Shown: positions 19,951 through 30,394 of the stretch, one piece after another
Layout: every line of letters starts with the position of its first letter
Numbering within the stretch: the first letter of the stretch is position 1
Assembly: GCA_902615715.1 (NCBI GenBank)
Contig: CACMQA010000004.1
Location: 11,814 to 75,813 of the forward strand
Source of the DNA: an uncultured Pelagibacteraceae bacterium
GTDB lineage: Bacteria > Pseudomonadota > Alphaproteobacteria > Pelagibacterales > Pelagibacteraceae
Direction: 5' to 3'
Length of the DNA: 64,000 nucleotides
Notes under the pieces: model-generated
The model's database searches: none
What the model was told of the DNA's origin: nothing
Seen by the model: the letters and a program-made list of their open reading frames with translations, nothing else
Program-made: the position numbers and the translations under genes

Positions 19951-22335
19951 TTAATGAGTACTTAATTCTTTTTTAATTTTTTCTTTTTTCGATAATTGAT
20001 CAACATCAACCCATTCAACTCTTTTTAGAGTTTTAGTTAAAGCGACCTTTAAGACTTCATCAACATTTTTAACTGGGATTATCTCAATGGAGTCTAAAAC
20101 TGTTTTTGGAACCTCAACTAAATCTTTTTTATTTTCCATTGGAATTAAAACTTTTTTTATTCCTGCTCTATGCGCAGCTAATAATTTCTCTTTTAAACCA
20201 CCTATTGGTAAAACCAATCCTCTTAAGGTTATTTCACCAGTCATGGCGACATCTTTATTAACCGGTATCTCGGTTATAGCTGATATTATTGAAGTCACCA
20301 TACCTATTCCTGCTGATGGACCATCTTTAGGGGTAGCTCCTTCTGGAACGTGAATATGAAAATCTTTTTTATCAAATATTGGAGGAATAATTCCGTATTC
20401 TAAACTTTTAGATCTAATATATGATTTAGCAGCTTTAACTGATTCTTGCATTACGTCACCTAATTTTCCAGTGATTTGCATTTTGCCTTTTCCTGGCATG
20501 ACTGCGGACTCAATTTTTAAAATCTCACCTCCTACCTCCGTCCATGCTAAACCTGTAACAACTCCGACTCTATTTTCTTCCTCAATTTCTCCATAATTAA
20601 ATTTTTGAACACCTAATAAATCTTTTAAATCTTTTTCATTAATTGGATTGTTAATTTTCTCATTGTTATCAATTTTTTTTACAAGTTTTCTAGCAATTTT
20701 CGATATTTCTCTCTCAAGATTTCTAACACCAGACTCTCTCGTATAATGTCTTATAATTTTTCTGTTAATATTTTCATCTATATTCCACTCGTCTTTTTTA
20801 AGACCATTATTTTTACTTTGATTAGGTATTAAATATTTTTGAGAAATGTTTACTTTTTCATCCTCTGTATAACCTGAAAGTCTTATTACTTCCATTCTGT
20901 CTAATAATGGAGGCAGTATATTAAGAGTGTTAGCAGTTGTTACAAACATTACATCAGATAGATCGTAGTCAACTTCTAAGTAATGGTCATTAAATTCTTT
21001 ATTCTGTTCAGGGTCTAGTGCCTCAAGTAATGCTGATGAAGGATCTCCCCTATAATCATTACCTACTTTGTCTATTTCATCTAATAAAAAAAGAGGATTT
21101 TTTGTTCCAGCTTTTTTCATCATTTGAATTATTTTTCCTGGTAGTGAACCTATGTAAGTTCTCCTATGACCTCTAATCTCTGCCTCGTCTCTTATTCCTC
21201 CAAGAGAAATCCTAATAAATTTTCTATTAGTTGCTTTAGCTATAGATTTTCCTAGAGAGGTTTTTCCTACTCCTGGAGGACCTACTAAACATAAGATCGG
21301 TCCTTTCATTTTTTGAATTCTTTTTTGCACTGCCAAAAATTCTATTATTCTTTCTTTTACTTTTTCTAAACCATAATGGTCTTCATCTAAAATTTTTTGC
21401 GCATTTTGTAGGTCTGTATTAATTTTTGATTTATTAGACCATGGTAATTCTGTCATCCAGTCTAAATAATTTCTTACTACCGTTGCCTCGGCAGACATTG
21501 GGCTCATTGATTTTAGTTTCTTAAGTTCAGATAAACATTTATCTCTTGCAAGTTTAGGCATTTTTGCGTCTGATATTGCTTTCGATAAAGAGGTTAATTC
21601 ATCTTTTCCTTCATCAATCTCTCCAAGTTCTTTTTGTATAGCTTTCAATTGTTCATTTAAATAATATTCTCTTTGAGTTTTTTCCATTTGATTTTTTACT
21701 CTTCCACGAATTTTCTTTTCTACGGATAATACACTTGTCTCTTTTTCAATTAACTGATGAATTTTTTCTAATCTCTTTTTAAGATCAAGAATTTCAAGTA
21801 ATTCTTGTTTTTCAAATATTTGTATATTTAGATTTGATGAAATATTATTAGCTATTTGTGAAGGGTCCTTTAAATTTTTCAAATTAACTGAGTTATCACT
21901 CAAATCTTTTTTGCTTAAAACTTGTAGTCTTTCAAATTTCTTAGTTAATCCAAAAGCTAATGGTTCAAGTTCTTTAGATATATTATTGTCCTCTGCAATT
22001 TCTACTTCGCAAGTTAAAAAATTACTGCTATTATCATTATATTTTAGAATTTTTATTCTTTTTTCACCCTCTACTAAAACTTTTACAGTTCCATCTGGTA
22101 GTTTTAAAAGCTGAAGCACTTTGCTCAAACAACCATATTGATAAAGGTCCTTGCTAGTCGGATCATCTACCTCTGAATTTTTTTGAGTTACCAATACAAT
22201 AGATTTATCGGTCTTCATTACCTCTTGAAGTGCTTTTATTGATTTATCTCTTCCAACAAAAAGTGGTACCACCATAGATGGGAATATCACGATATCTCTT
22301 AGCGGTAATAGAGGTTTTAAATATGAAGTTTTCAT
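19951..22335 (-). CDS. lon: ATP-dependent Lon protease
   Basis: 794 aa. N-terminal [20 protein letters not shown], Walker [10 protein letters not shown] and protease Ser site PKDGPSAGI. Confidence 0.96.
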   Translation of the reverse strand: MKTSYLKPLLPLRDIVIFPSMVVPLFVGRDKSIKALQEVMKTDKSIVLVTQKNSEVDDPTSKDLYQYGCLSKVLQLLKLPDGTVKVLVEGEKRIKILKYNDNSSNFLTCEVEIAEDNNISKELEPLAFGLTKKFERLQVLSKKDLSDNSVNLKNLKDPSQIANNISSNLNIQIFEKQELLEILDLKKRLEKIHQLIEKETSVLSVEKKIRGRVKNQMEKTQREYYLNEQLKAIQKELGEIDEGKDELTSLSKAISDAKMPKLARDKCLSELKKLKSMSPMSAEATVVRNYLDWMTELPWSNKSKINTDLQNAQKILDEDHYGLEKVKERIIEFLAVQKRIQKMKGPILCLVGPPGVGKTSLGKSIAKATNRKFIRISLGGIRDEAEIRGHRRTYIGSLPGKIIQMMKKAGTKNPLFLLDEIDKVGNDYRGDPSSALLEALDPEQNKEFNDHYLEVDYDLSDVMFVTTANTLNILPPLLDRMEVIRLSGYTEDEKVNISQKYLIPNQSKNNGLKKDEWNIDENINRKIIRHYTRESGVRNLEREISKIARKLVKKIDNNEKINNPINEKDLKDLLGVQKFNYGEIEEENRVGVVTGLAWTEVGGEILKIESAVMPGKGKMQITGKLGDVMQESVKAAKSYIRSKSLEYGIIPPIFDKKDFHIHVPEGATPKDGPSAGIGMVTSIISAITEIPVNKDVAMTGEITLRGLVLPIGGLKEKLLAAHRAGIKKVLIPMENKKDLVEVPKTVLDSIEIIPVKNVDEVLKVALTKTLKRVEWVDVDQLSKKEKIKKELSTH

Positions 22336-22343
22336 TAGCTATA

Positions 22344-22371
22344 ATATGGCGATTAATAAACTAATTTCAAG
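22344..22371 (-). promoter_or_regulatory. Candidate sigma32 (RpoH)-type heat-shock promoter directly upstream of lon
   Basis: Reverse strand reads CTTGAAA-ttagtttattaat-cgCCATATTA, compared with the E. coli sigma32 consensus CTTGAA-N13-15-CCCCATnTA. The -10 element ends only 8 nt before the lon ATG. Confidence 0.3.
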
Positions 22372-22383
22372 AAACAAATTTAA

Positions 22384-23637
22384 TTAAGCTACTGATGTTG
22401 ATGACTTTTTACCGTATGTGACAATGGGCTCAGAATTGCCTTTAACAGAGGCATTATCAACAGTTACTTTAATGACATTTTCCATATCAGGAAGTTCAAA
22501 CATTGTTTTGAGTAAAATATTTTCAAGAATGGATCTTAAACCTCTTGCCCCTGTTTTTTTTGAAATAGCTTTCCTTGCTATTTCTAGTATTGCATCCTCT
22601 TTAAATTCTAATTCAACCTCCTCAAATTCAAATAATCTTTGGTATTGTTTTATTAATGAATTTTTTGGTTCCTTTAAAATTTTTACTAAAGATTTTTCAT
22701 CAAGGTCATCTAAAGTAGCTATAATTGGCATTCTTCCAATAAACTCAGGTATAAGTCCATATTTAATTAAGTCCTCAGGTTCTAACATTTTCATAATCTC
22801 AGACAAAGGTTGTTCTTTATAATTTTTTACTTTCGCCCCGAAACCTATTGAACTGCCTTTGCCTCTACTGTCAATTAATTTATCTAATCCGGCGAAGGCT
22901 CCTCCGCATATGAATAAAATGTTTGTCGTATCAACTTGTAAAAATTCTTGTTGGGGATGTTTTCTTCCTCCTTGAGGGGGAACACTTGCTACTGTACCTT
23001 CCATTATTTTTAATAGAGCCTGTTGAACACCTTCACCAGAAACATCTCTTGTGATTGACGGGTTTTCAGATTTCCTACTTATTTTATCAACTTCATCAAT
23101 ATAAACTATTCCTCTTTGAGCTTTTTCAACATTATAATCTGCTGCTTGCAACAATTTTAAAATAATATTTTCAACATCTTCGCCAACATATCCAGCTTCT
23201 GTTAATGTTGTGGCGTCTGCCATTGTGAATGGAACATCTAATATTCTTGCCAAAGTTTGTGCGAGTAAAGTTTTACCACAGCCTGTTGGTCCAACTAAAA
23301 GAATGTTTGATTTTGAAAGTTCAATATCTTTATTATTTTTTGTCTCATGATTTAATCTTTTATAGTGGTTGTGAACTGCGACTGATAAAATTTCTTTGGC
23401 AAACTGTTGACCTATTACGTAATCATCTAGGACGTTACATATTTCTTTAGGTGATGGTACACCATCTTGATGTTTTACTAGAGAACTTTTATTCTCCTCT
23501 TTAATAATATCCATACACAGCTCTACGCACTCGTCGCAGATAAAAACTGTTGGTCCGGCTATAAGCTTTCTTACTTCATGTTGGCTTTTTCCGCAAAAGG
23601 AGCAATATAAAATGTTTTTGTTACTTTTTTCTGTCAT
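22384..23637 (-). CDS. clpX: ATP-dependent Clp protease ATP-binding subunit ClpX
   Basis: 417 aa. Zn-finger CSFCGK..CDECV, Walker A GPTGCGKT and the IGF-type loop GFGA. Confidence 0.96.
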   Translation of the reverse strand: MTEKSNKNILYCSFCGKSQHEVRKLIAGPTVFICDECVELCMDIIKEENKSSLVKHQDGVPSPKEICNVLDDYVIGQQFAKEILSVAVHNHYKRLNHETKNNKDIELSKSNILLVGPTGCGKTLLAQTLARILDVPFTMADATTLTEAGYVGEDVENIILKLLQAADYNVEKAQRGIVYIDEVDKISRKSENPSITRDVSGEGVQQALLKIMEGTVASVPPQGGRKHPQQEFLQVDTTNILFICGGAFAGLDKLIDSRGKGSSIGFGAKVKNYKEQPLSEIMKMLEPEDLIKYGLIPEFIGRMPIIATLDDLDEKSLVKILKEPKNSLIKQYQRLFEFEEVELEFKEDAILEIARKAISKKTGARGLRSILENILLKTMFELPDMENVIKVTVDNASVKGNSEPIVTYGKKSSTSVA

Positions 23638-23716
23638 ATCGAATCAATATATTTAATATAAAACTCTACTAAATGCTTAGCAAGTTCAAGTTGTACATAA
23701 TGCTAGATATTGTGTT

Positions 23717-24343
23717 CTATTTTCTTTTCTCCACAACAGAGTCAATTAATCCAAATTTTTGAGCCTCTTCAGCTGTCATGAAATTGTCTCTCTCTAAAGC
23801 ATCTGAAATTTCATCAACTGATTTTCCCGTATGCTTTGAATAAATTTTATTTAGTCTTTCTTTTAATGATAAAATTTCTTTTGCGTGGATTTGAATATCT
23901 GTTGCTTGACCTTGAAATCCAGCTGAAGGCTGGTGAACCATAATCCTTGAATTTGGAAGAGAATATCTTTTTCCTTTTTCACCCGCAGCTAAAAGGAACG
24001 AGCCCATTGAAGAAGCTTGACCAATACAAAGAGTTGAAACAGGAGAATTGATGTACTGCATTGTATCATAAATTCCTAAACCAGCCGTAACTAAACCTCC
24101 TGGGCTATTAATATAAAAATTTATTTCTTTGTTTGGATTTTCTGACTCCAGAAATAATAATTGTGCTGTAACTAAGGAGGCTACAGCATCATTAACTGGA
24201 CCAACTAAAAAAACTATTCTCTCTTTTAATAATCTAGAATAAATATCGTATGCCCTTTCCCCTTTGCTTGTTTGTTCAACAACCATAGGGATAAGGCTAT
24301 TCATTTTTTCCTCTAACTCGCGACTCATAGTTGGTTTATACAA
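23717..24343 (-). CDS. clpP: ATP-dependent Clp protease proteolytic subunit
   Basis: 208 aa with [15 protein letters not shown], catalytic Ser in GQASSMG and His in MVHQP. An alternative start lies 5 codons in. Confidence 0.95.
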   Translation of the reverse strand: MYKPTMSRELEEKMNSLIPMVVEQTSKGERAYDIYSRLLKERIVFLVGPVNDAVASLVTAQLLFLESENPNKEINFYINSPGGLVTAGLGIYDTMQYINSPVSTLCIGQASSMGSFLLAAGEKGKRYSLPNSRIMVHQPSAGFQGQATDIQIHAKEILSLKERLNKIYSKHTGKSVDEISDALERDNFMTAEEAQKFGLIDSVVEKRK

Positions 24344-24350
24344 CTATTAG

Positions 24351-25721
24351 TTACTTTTTACTAATTTTTTTTAATTTTGACTTATTTTTTGCTGAAGATG
24401 TGGTTTTGGATTTGTAGCTATCTACATTTGGTTTATTAAATTCTGCAATTATTTTTTCGGCTTCCTTAGAATCTATCTCTTTTGATGTAAGATTAATTTT
24501 TGATTTAATTAGATCTATAATTTTTTCCTCATATAAAGAACCTTTTAAGCTTTGAGATGCACTTGGATTTTTTTGGTAGTATTCAAGGACCATTTTCTCT
24601 TGGCCAGGCATACCTTTAATTTGTTTTTGTATTTCATTTCTAACTTCATCATCTGATACTTTTAGATTATTTTTTTCTCCAATTTCATTCAGTAATAAAC
24701 CAAGTTTGATTCTAGATTTTGCTAATTTTTCATTATTAGATTTATGTTTTTCTTTCTCTTCTGGTTTAAGATTTTGGGTCATTATTAAAATCTCTTGATC
24801 AATTAAATTTTGAGGTAAATCAACTTGATGGTTTTTTTCAATTTGATCTAAAATTTCTTTTTTTGTGATCGAATTCAATGCTTGAGAATATTGACCTTCA
24901 ATTTGTTTTTCAATCAAAGATTTTAAATCCTTGATATCTTTTGCTCCCATTAATTTAGCAAAATTATCATCAATTTTGCTTGCCTTAGGTTTTTTTACAT
25001 TTAAAACTTTACATTCAAATTTGGTTTTTTTGTTAGCTAGTTCTTTTTTTGGGTGGTTAGCTGGAAGTGTTGCATCTAATATTTTTGTATCATTTTTTTT
25101 CACACCAATTAATTGTTCATCAAAACCTTTTAAAAAAAGATCTTTTCCTAACTCAAGTTGCACTCCTTTTCCCTCACTTCCATCAAATTTATTACCGTCA
25201 ACAGTGGCTGAATAATCAAATGTAACTTGATCTCCTTTTATTGCATTTTCATTTTCATTTTTATCTTCAAATTGTCTATTTTGATTTGCAATTTCTTTTA
25301 ATTTTTCATCAATAATTTTATCTTCAATTTTTATTTTAAAATTTGTTGCTTTGAATTTATCAAAACTTTTTAAGGTCACGCTTGGCAAACAATCAATCTG
25401 GAGTTCATAATTTAAATCTTTTCCTTCTCCAAACTGTTTTAAGTCAATTTTTGGTTGGCCAGCAACTTTTAATTTTTTTTCTTCAATCGCTTTTGAAGTC
25501 GTATCTCTTAAAATTTTATCAACTACTTCTCCATAAACGGATTTTCCAAATTGTTTTTTGATCACTTCCGGAGGAACTTTTCCTGGTCTGAAACCTTTTA
25601 ATGCTACTTCTTTTTGAAGCTCTTTAAGTCTTTCATCCATTTTTGTCTGTATGTTTTTCTTATCGACTATTACAGATAAAATTGTTCTAAGTCCTTTTTT
25701 TGATTTTACTTCTACTTTCAT
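24351..25721 (-). CDS. tig: Trigger factor
   Basis: 456 aa. Ribosome-binding signature GFRPGKVP, a central FKBP-like domain and a Lys-rich C-terminal tail. Confidence 0.93.
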   Translation of the reverse strand: MKVEVKSKKGLRTILSVIVDKKNIQTKMDERLKELQKEVALKGFRPGKVPPEVIKKQFGKSVYGEVVDKILRDTTSKAIEEKKLKVAGQPKIDLKQFGEGKDLNYELQIDCLPSVTLKSFDKFKATNFKIKIEDKIIDEKLKEIANQNRQFEDKNENENAIKGDQVTFDYSATVDGNKFDGSEGKGVQLELGKDLFLKGFDEQLIGVKKNDTKILDATLPANHPKKELANKKTKFECKVLNVKKPKASKIDDNFAKLMGAKDIKDLKSLIEKQIEGQYSQALNSITKKEILDQIEKNHQVDLPQNLIDQEILIMTQNLKPEEKEKHKSNNEKLAKSRIKLGLLLNEIGEKNNLKVSDDEVRNEIQKQIKGMPGQEKMVLEYYQKNPSASQSLKGSLYEEKIIDLIKSKINLTSKEIDSKEAEKIIAEFNKPNVDSYKSKTTSSAKNKSKLKKISKK

Positions 25722-25728
25722 AATATTT

Positions 25729-25813
25729 TGGTGGGCAAGAAGAGACTCGAACTCTTAAGCCTTGCGGCACTGGTTTCTAAGACCAGCGCGTATACCAATT
25801 CCGCCACTTGCCC
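25729..25813 (-). tRNA. tRNA-Leu (anticodon TAG), long variable arm, CCA encoded
   Basis: Reverse strand: GGGCAAGTGGCGGAATTGGTATACGCGCTGGTCTTAGAAACCAGTGCCGCAAGGCTTAAGAGTTCGAGTCTCTTCTTGCCCACCA. Anticodon arm is CTGGT-CTTAGAA-ACCAG and the variable arm is GCC-GCAA-GGC. Confidence 0.92.
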
Positions 25814-25838
25814 AATTATTAATCGTTGTTTTTATATA

Positions 25839-26906
25839 TCAATTTAATTTTTTTGTGAAACGATAAAGTCCATAATAAATTAGCAGATAAATTAAAATTA
25901 ATGAGAAAAACCAGTATCTTCCAATCATCGGATCTTTAGCAAAAATAAACGCTGGTAATACAAACAAAAAATAAACAAAATTAATTACAATCGAGTTAAT
26001 ATAATTTCCTCTATTTTTTCCAAAAATTGTTGTAATTTTTTTAAAACATAACATATGAAGATGTTCGTTATCTGGATGGATTGGTGATTTTTTTTGAATT
26101 ATTTTTCTAAAGAAAGAAAAAAATACTTCAAAAAATAAATAAAATAATAAGGTACAAAAAAAGAATGAAGAATATTCAGAATTTAGATTGTTGGTAATTA
26201 TTACATTTAAGGCCGCGAGAGATCCCATTAGATAGGAGCCACTGTCGCCTAAAAATATTTTAGCTATAGGAAAATTAAATAGTAAAAATGATAAAAAAAT
26301 AATTATTTGACCAATGATTAAAAAAGAAAATTCAGTATTTCCGCTAGTAATATTTATATAAGCTAAAATTAAATTTATAATTATCCAGTTAATTGTGAGC
26401 AACCCATTAAATCCGTCAATCAAGTTTGCGCCATTAACTATAAATAAAAAACAAAGAAGTACAAACAAAGAGGAAAAAATACTATTACTTACAAGAATGC
26501 TTAAAAAAGGAATATCAATGCTTAATATCTTTATCGGAAAAATATGTATTATAAAAAATAAAAAAAATATCATTATTAAAAGTCTTTTAAATGGACTTAC
26601 ATTAATTTTTAAATCATCCAAGAAACCAACAATAAACATCAAATTACATATAAAAATGTATTCAAATAAAATTTTTGAATAAATTAAGTAGTAAATAATA
26701 AAAAAAATATTTAAAGAAATTATACCAGCTAGCCCTCCACACCTTGCTATAGCTGTTTCATGAAAAGCTTGAGGTTTTAAAAAGTCTTTATCTAAAAGAA
26801 TTCCATCTTTAATTTTGTGAGAAAATTTGCTTGTAATTAAAAAAACAAAAAAAGTTACTAATGTAAACATCGATAAAAAACTTAATTCAATTTGATCGTT
26901 TTCCAT
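25839..26906 (-). CDS. Glycosyltransferase family 4 polyprenyl-phosphate sugar-1-phosphate transferase (WecA/MraY-like)
   Basis: 355 aa polytopic protein with GFLDDL, NGANLIDGFNGL and LGDSGSY motifs typical of the MraY/WecA superfamily. Confidence 0.85.
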   Translation of the reverse strand: MENDQIELSFLSMFTLVTFFVFLITSKFSHKIKDGILLDKDFLKPQAFHETAIARCGGLAGIISLNIFFIIYYLIYSKILFEYIFICNLMFIVGFLDDLKINVSPFKRLLIMIFFLFFIIHIFPIKILSIDIPFLSILVSNSIFSSLFVLLCFLFIVNGANLIDGFNGLLTINWIIINLILAYINITSGNTEFSFLIIGQIIIFLSFLLFNFPIAKIFLGDSGSYLMGSLAALNVIITNNLNSEYSSFFFCTLLFYLFFEVFFSFFRKIIQKKSPIHPDNEHLHMLCFKKITTIFGKNRGNYINSIVINFVYFLFVLPAFIFAKDPMIGRYWFFSLILIYLLIYYGLYRFTKKLN

Positions 26907-26912
26907 AAATCT

Positions 26913-27800
26913 TTATAAATTATTTCCTTTATTATTTTTTTTAAATATATAAATTCCAATAAGTATTACAACTAATGATACAATTACTCTCCAGGTAATT
27001 GTTTCGTTCATTAAAAAATAACCAAATATTATTCCAAAAATTGGGATTAAATACGCTACTTGTGTTTGAAAAACTAATCCATTAACAGTTAATATCCTAA
27101 ATCTTATTAACCAAGCAAGTCCAGTAGCAACTACTCCTAAATATAATAGTGAAAAAGTCGATGCTAAAGTCGGGTTAGATTCCCATGGTGTTTCAATGAT
27201 TAATGATAAAGGAAGAAGGAAAATCACCGACCACAATGTAGTTGACGTTGTTACATTTTCATTTTTTTTATTTCTTAATTTTAAAGTTAATAAACCTCCA
27301 ATACAATAAAATGTTGATCCTAAAATAGTTATTAAAGCATAAATATAATTTTCACTATTAATGATTACTTTGTCGAAAAATAGTAATACAATTCCACTAA
27401 AACCAATTAGAACCCCTAAAAATTTTAAAAAGGATAGCTTTTCATTTTTAGTAAAAAAATGTGCAAGTATTGAGCCGCTTAAAGGGGTTGTGCTCATTAG
27501 TATTGCTGCAAGGTAACTATTAATTTTTGCAGTACCTATGGCAATTAAAACGAAAGGTATTGCAATATTACAAAGTCCAATCAAAGCATACCAATTCCAA
27601 TTTTTACTAAAAGCCTCAATCTTGACTCTGGTGATTTTACAAAGAATTAATAGAGGGATACTTGCAAAAATAACTCTTACTAAAGCAAGTGTAATTGGGT
27701 CATAAGAATATGTGGCTATCTTTATATTAAAAAAAGATGAGCCCCAAATTATAGCTAATAAGATTAATAATGATAAATCAAAGGTATTTGCTTCTCTCAT
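26913..27800 (-). CDS. EamA-family (DMT superfamily) transporter
   Basis: 295 aa with about 10 TM helices in two repeated halves. N-terminal LLAIIWGSSFF is typical of EamA domains. Confidence 0.8.
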   Translation of the reverse strand: MREANTFDLSLLILLAIIWGSSFFNIKIATYSYDPITLALVRVIFASIPLLILCKITRVKIEAFSKNWNWYALIGLCNIAIPFVLIAIGTAKINSYLAAILMSTTPLSGSILAHFFTKNEKLSFLKFLGVLIGFSGIVLLFFDKVIINSENYIYALITILGSTFYCIGGLLTLKLRNKKNENVTTSTTLWSVIFLLPLSLIIETPWESNPTLASTFSLLYLGVVATGLAWLIRFRILTVNGLVFQTQVAYLIPIFGIIFGYFLMNETITWRVIVSLVVILIGIYIFKKNNKGNNL

Positions 27801-27908
27801 TGAAAGCCTGAGGTGTGGATATGTGATAAACGCATAGCTGATATATATATTTAATTATACTATAAAAAACATCCTTATATATGTTCGCAACGATTAAACA
27901 CAATTTTA

Positions 27909-27914
27909 AAGGAG
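27909..27914 (+). promoter_or_regulatory. Shine-Dalgarno sequence AAGGAG for glnA
   Basis: AAAGGAGCAAAATG: a canonical SD 4 nt upstream of the ATG. It stands out because most genes in this window have no recognisable SD. Confidence 0.6.
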
Positions 27915-27918
27915 CAAA

Positions 27919-29325
27919 ATGAGTTCAAAAGATGTTTTAAAGCTTATAAAAGACAAACAAGTTGAATTTGTAGACCTGAGATTTACCGACCCTAAAGGAA
28001 AACTTCAACATCTGACCATGGACTCGACCGTTGTTGACGAAGATATGCTAAACAATGGAGTGTTTTTCGATGGATCTTCAATAGCTGGTTGGAAAGCTAT
28101 AAACGAGTCAGATATGATTTTGAAACCTGACTTAGAAAGACCAATAATTGATCCTTTTAACTCTCACACTACGGTTAATATATTTTGTGATATTTTAGAT
28201 GCAGTAAAGAAAGATCCTTATGGGCGAGATCCAAGAGGAACAGCAAAAAAAGCTGAAGCGTATTTAAAGAAATCAGGAATCGGAGATAAGTCATATTTTG
28301 GACCTGAACCAGAATTTTTTGTTTTTGACGACGTAAGGTTTAAGAATGATATGAATGAAACTAGTTTTACCATAGATAGTTCTGAAGGTCCTTACAATAC
28401 AGGAAAAAAATATGAAAATGGTAATATGGGTCATAGACCAGGAATTAAGGGAGGTTACTTTCCTGTTCCACCGGTCGACAGTGCTCAAGATATGCGGGGA
28501 GAATATTTAAAAGCTTTGAAAGACATGGGTGTTAAAGTTGAAAAACATCACCATGAAGTAGCACCAAGTCAACACGAGCTAGGTATGTACTTTGGTACTT
28601 TAACTAACATGGCAGATAATGTTCAGCTTTATAAGTACGCTGTTCAAATGGTTACTCACTCATTTGGAAAGACAGCTACATTTATGCCCAAGCCAGTAAA
28701 AGGCGACAACGGATCTGGAATGCACTGTCACCAATCAATTTGGAAAGGTAACACGCCAGTATTTATGGGAAAAGAATACGCGGGCTTATCTAAAGAGGCT
28801 TTGTACTATATAGGTGGAATCTTAAAACACGCTAAAGCTATTAACGCTTTTTCAAATGCTACAACAAACAGTTATAAAAGATTAATTCCAGGTTTTGAAG
28901 CACCAGTAATTCTAGCATATTCAGCCAGAAATAGATCTGCTTCATGTAGAATACCAGTCATAATGAGTCCAAAAGCAGCTAGAATGGAAATAAGATTTCC
29001 AGACGCGGCTGGTAATCCTTATTTAACTTTTGCATCAATGTTAATGGCAGGTATCGATGGTATTAAAAACAAAATAGATCCAGGTAAAGCTTTTGATCAA
29101 GATTTATACTCTCTTTCAGAAGATGAAGTTAAAAAATTACCAACTGTTTGCGGTTCATTAAGAGAAGCCATGCAAAACCTAGATAAAGATAGAAAGTTTT
29201 TGACAGAAAGTGGAGTGTTTACTGATGATCAAATTGACGCTTATATTGAATTAAAATTTCAAGAAATTTATAAATTTGAACACACACCTCATCCAATAGA
29301 ATTTGAGATGTATTATAGTGGTTAA
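27919..29325 (+). CDS. glnA: Glutamine synthetase type I
   Basis: 468 aa with FDGSSIAGW, GSGMHCHQS and NSYKRLIPGFEAP. A Tyr sits in the adenylylation-site context (DQDLYSLS). Confidence 0.96.
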   Translation: MSSKDVLKLIKDKQVEFVDLRFTDPKGKLQHLTMDSTVVDEDMLNNGVFFDGSSIAGWKAINESDMILKPDLERPIIDPFNSHTTVNIFCDILDAVKKDPYGRDPRGTAKKAEAYLKKSGIGDKSYFGPEPEFFVFDDVRFKNDMNETSFTIDSSEGPYNTGKKYENGNMGHRPGIKGGYFPVPPVDSAQDMRGEYLKALKDMGVKVEKHHHEVAPSQHELGMYFGTLTNMADNVQLYKYAVQMVTHSFGKTATFMPKPVKGDNGSGMHCHQSIWKGNTPVFMGKEYAGLSKEALYYIGGILKHAKAINAFSNATTNSYKRLIPGFEAPVILAYSARNRSASCRIPVIMSPKAARMEIRFPDAAGNPYLTFASMLMAGIDGIKNKIDPGKAFDQDLYSLSEDEVKKLPTVCGSLREAMQNLDKDRKFLTESGVFTDDQIDAYIELKFQEIYKFEHTPHPIEFEMYYSG

Positions 29326-29657
29326 ACCTTAAAAGATTCTCCACATCCGCAACGTTCGGTTTCGTTAGGATTTTTAAATACGAATTGAGATGAGAATTTC
29401 TCTGTCTTATAATCCATTTCCGTACCTAAAAGGTACATTATTGCTTTAGGATCAATTAAAACTTTTACACCTTTGTCTTCTACAATTTCCTCATTAGGTT
29501 TAATTTCTTTTGCATATTCCATTATATAAGACATTCCTGCGCAACCACCGGATTTCACACCTACTCTTACACCGATAGTCTTCTCTTCAGCTTTAGACAT
29601 TATTTCTTTTATTCTTTCAGCTGCATTCTGGCTCAATTTTATTATCTGTTCGCTCAT
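29322..29657 (-). CDS. sufA: A-type Fe-S cluster carrier (SufA/IscA/ErpA family)
   Basis: 111 aa with GGCAGMSY and a C-terminal CGCGESF. It is the last gene of the suf cluster. Confidence 0.85.
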   Translation of the reverse strand: MSEQIIKLSQNAAERIKEIMSKAEEKTIGVRVGVKSGGCAGMSYIMEYAKEIKPNEEIVEDKGVKVLIDPKAIMYLLGTEMDYKTEKFSSQFVFKNPNETERCGCGESFKV

Positions 29658-29956
29658 AAATTTAACTCTAACTTTGCTGCTTCTGACATCTTGTCTTTAG
29701 TCCAAGGCGGATCCCAAACTAATTTTAAATCAACATCGTCAATGTCATCAAGCTTTAATATATTATCTTTCACCATTTTTGGCAAACTTTCGGCTACTGG
29801 GCAATTCGGAGAAGTTAAAGTCATTTCTATTTTCACTTTTTTATCATCATTAATGTCTATTTTGTAAATTAATCCTAACTCGTAAATATTTACTGGTATT
29901 TCAGGATCATATATTTTTTTAATTTCTGAAATAATTTTATCTTTTAGATTTTTCAT
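29654..29956 (-). CDS. sufT: SUF-system Fe-S assembly protein, DUF59/SufT-like
   Basis: 100 aa from MKNLKDKII, with DPEIPVNIYELGLIY and TSPNCP. The ATG forms an ATGA overlap with the sufU stop. The ORF-track start at 30004 would overlap sufU by 52 nt. Confidence 0.85.
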   Translation of the reverse strand: MKNLKDKIISEIKKIYDPEIPVNIYELGLIYKIDINDDKKVKIEMTLTSPNCPVAESLPKMVKDNILKLDDIDDVDLKLVWDPPWTKDKMSEAAKLELNL

Positions 29957-30393
29957 TTTTTTTCGAGCGCTGATAGTAAAGTATGCCAAGCCATTGTTGC
30001 ACATTTAACTCTCATAGGAAATTCTTGAACTCCAGATAGAGATGTAATCGTAGTCATTTGATCTGGTGTAATGCTATTGATTGTTATTTTTGTTTTATTT
30101 TTCAACATATTTAAAAATTCTTCAGTTATTTTTTTTATAAATGACAAATCTTTTCCCTTAACTAGCTCTGTTAATATTGAAGCCGACGCAAGAGAGATAG
30201 CACAACCTTCTCCCTCAAAGCTAAGATCTTCAATTTGCTTTTCCTTGTTTAGTTTTAAATAAATATGAACTTTATCTCCACATAATGGATTGTGAGCTTT
30301 TGCATCGTTAGTAAAATCTTTGCACTTACCTTTGTTTCTAGGATTTTTACCGTGGTCTAAAATAATTTCTTGATAAAGTTCTTTAAGATCCAT
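29953..30393 (-). CDS. sufU: SufU-type (NifU N-terminal-like) sulfur acceptor / scaffold
   Basis: 146 aa. Three conserved Cys in NPLCGDKV, GEGCAIS and VKCATMAW, with the long insert between Cys2 and Cys3 that is typical of SufU rather than IscU. Confidence 0.85.
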   Translation of the reverse strand: MDLKELYQEIILDHGKNPRNKGKCKDFTNDAKAHNPLCGDKVHIYLKLNKEKQIEDLSFEGEGCAISLASASILTELVKGKDLSFIKKITEEFLNMLKNKTKITINSITPDQMTTITSLSGVQEFPMRVKCATMAWHTLLSALEKK

Positions 30394-30394
30394 A

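Noticed and set aside
23638-23716. A CTTGAA element in the clpP-clpX spacer, considered as a second sigma32 promoter.
   Set aside because: The only CAT-containing -10-like element lies about 6 nt downstream, far from the required 13-15 nt spacing.
27801-27918. I searched the 118-nt region upstream of glnA for a sigma54 -24/-12 promoter (GG-N10-GC), an NtrC-type palindrome, or a glutamine (glnA-motif) riboswitch.
   Set aside because: No GG-N10-GC pair at correct spacing and no recognisable riboswitch core were found. Only AT-rich -10-like hexamers and a strong SD are present, and the SD is reported as a feature.
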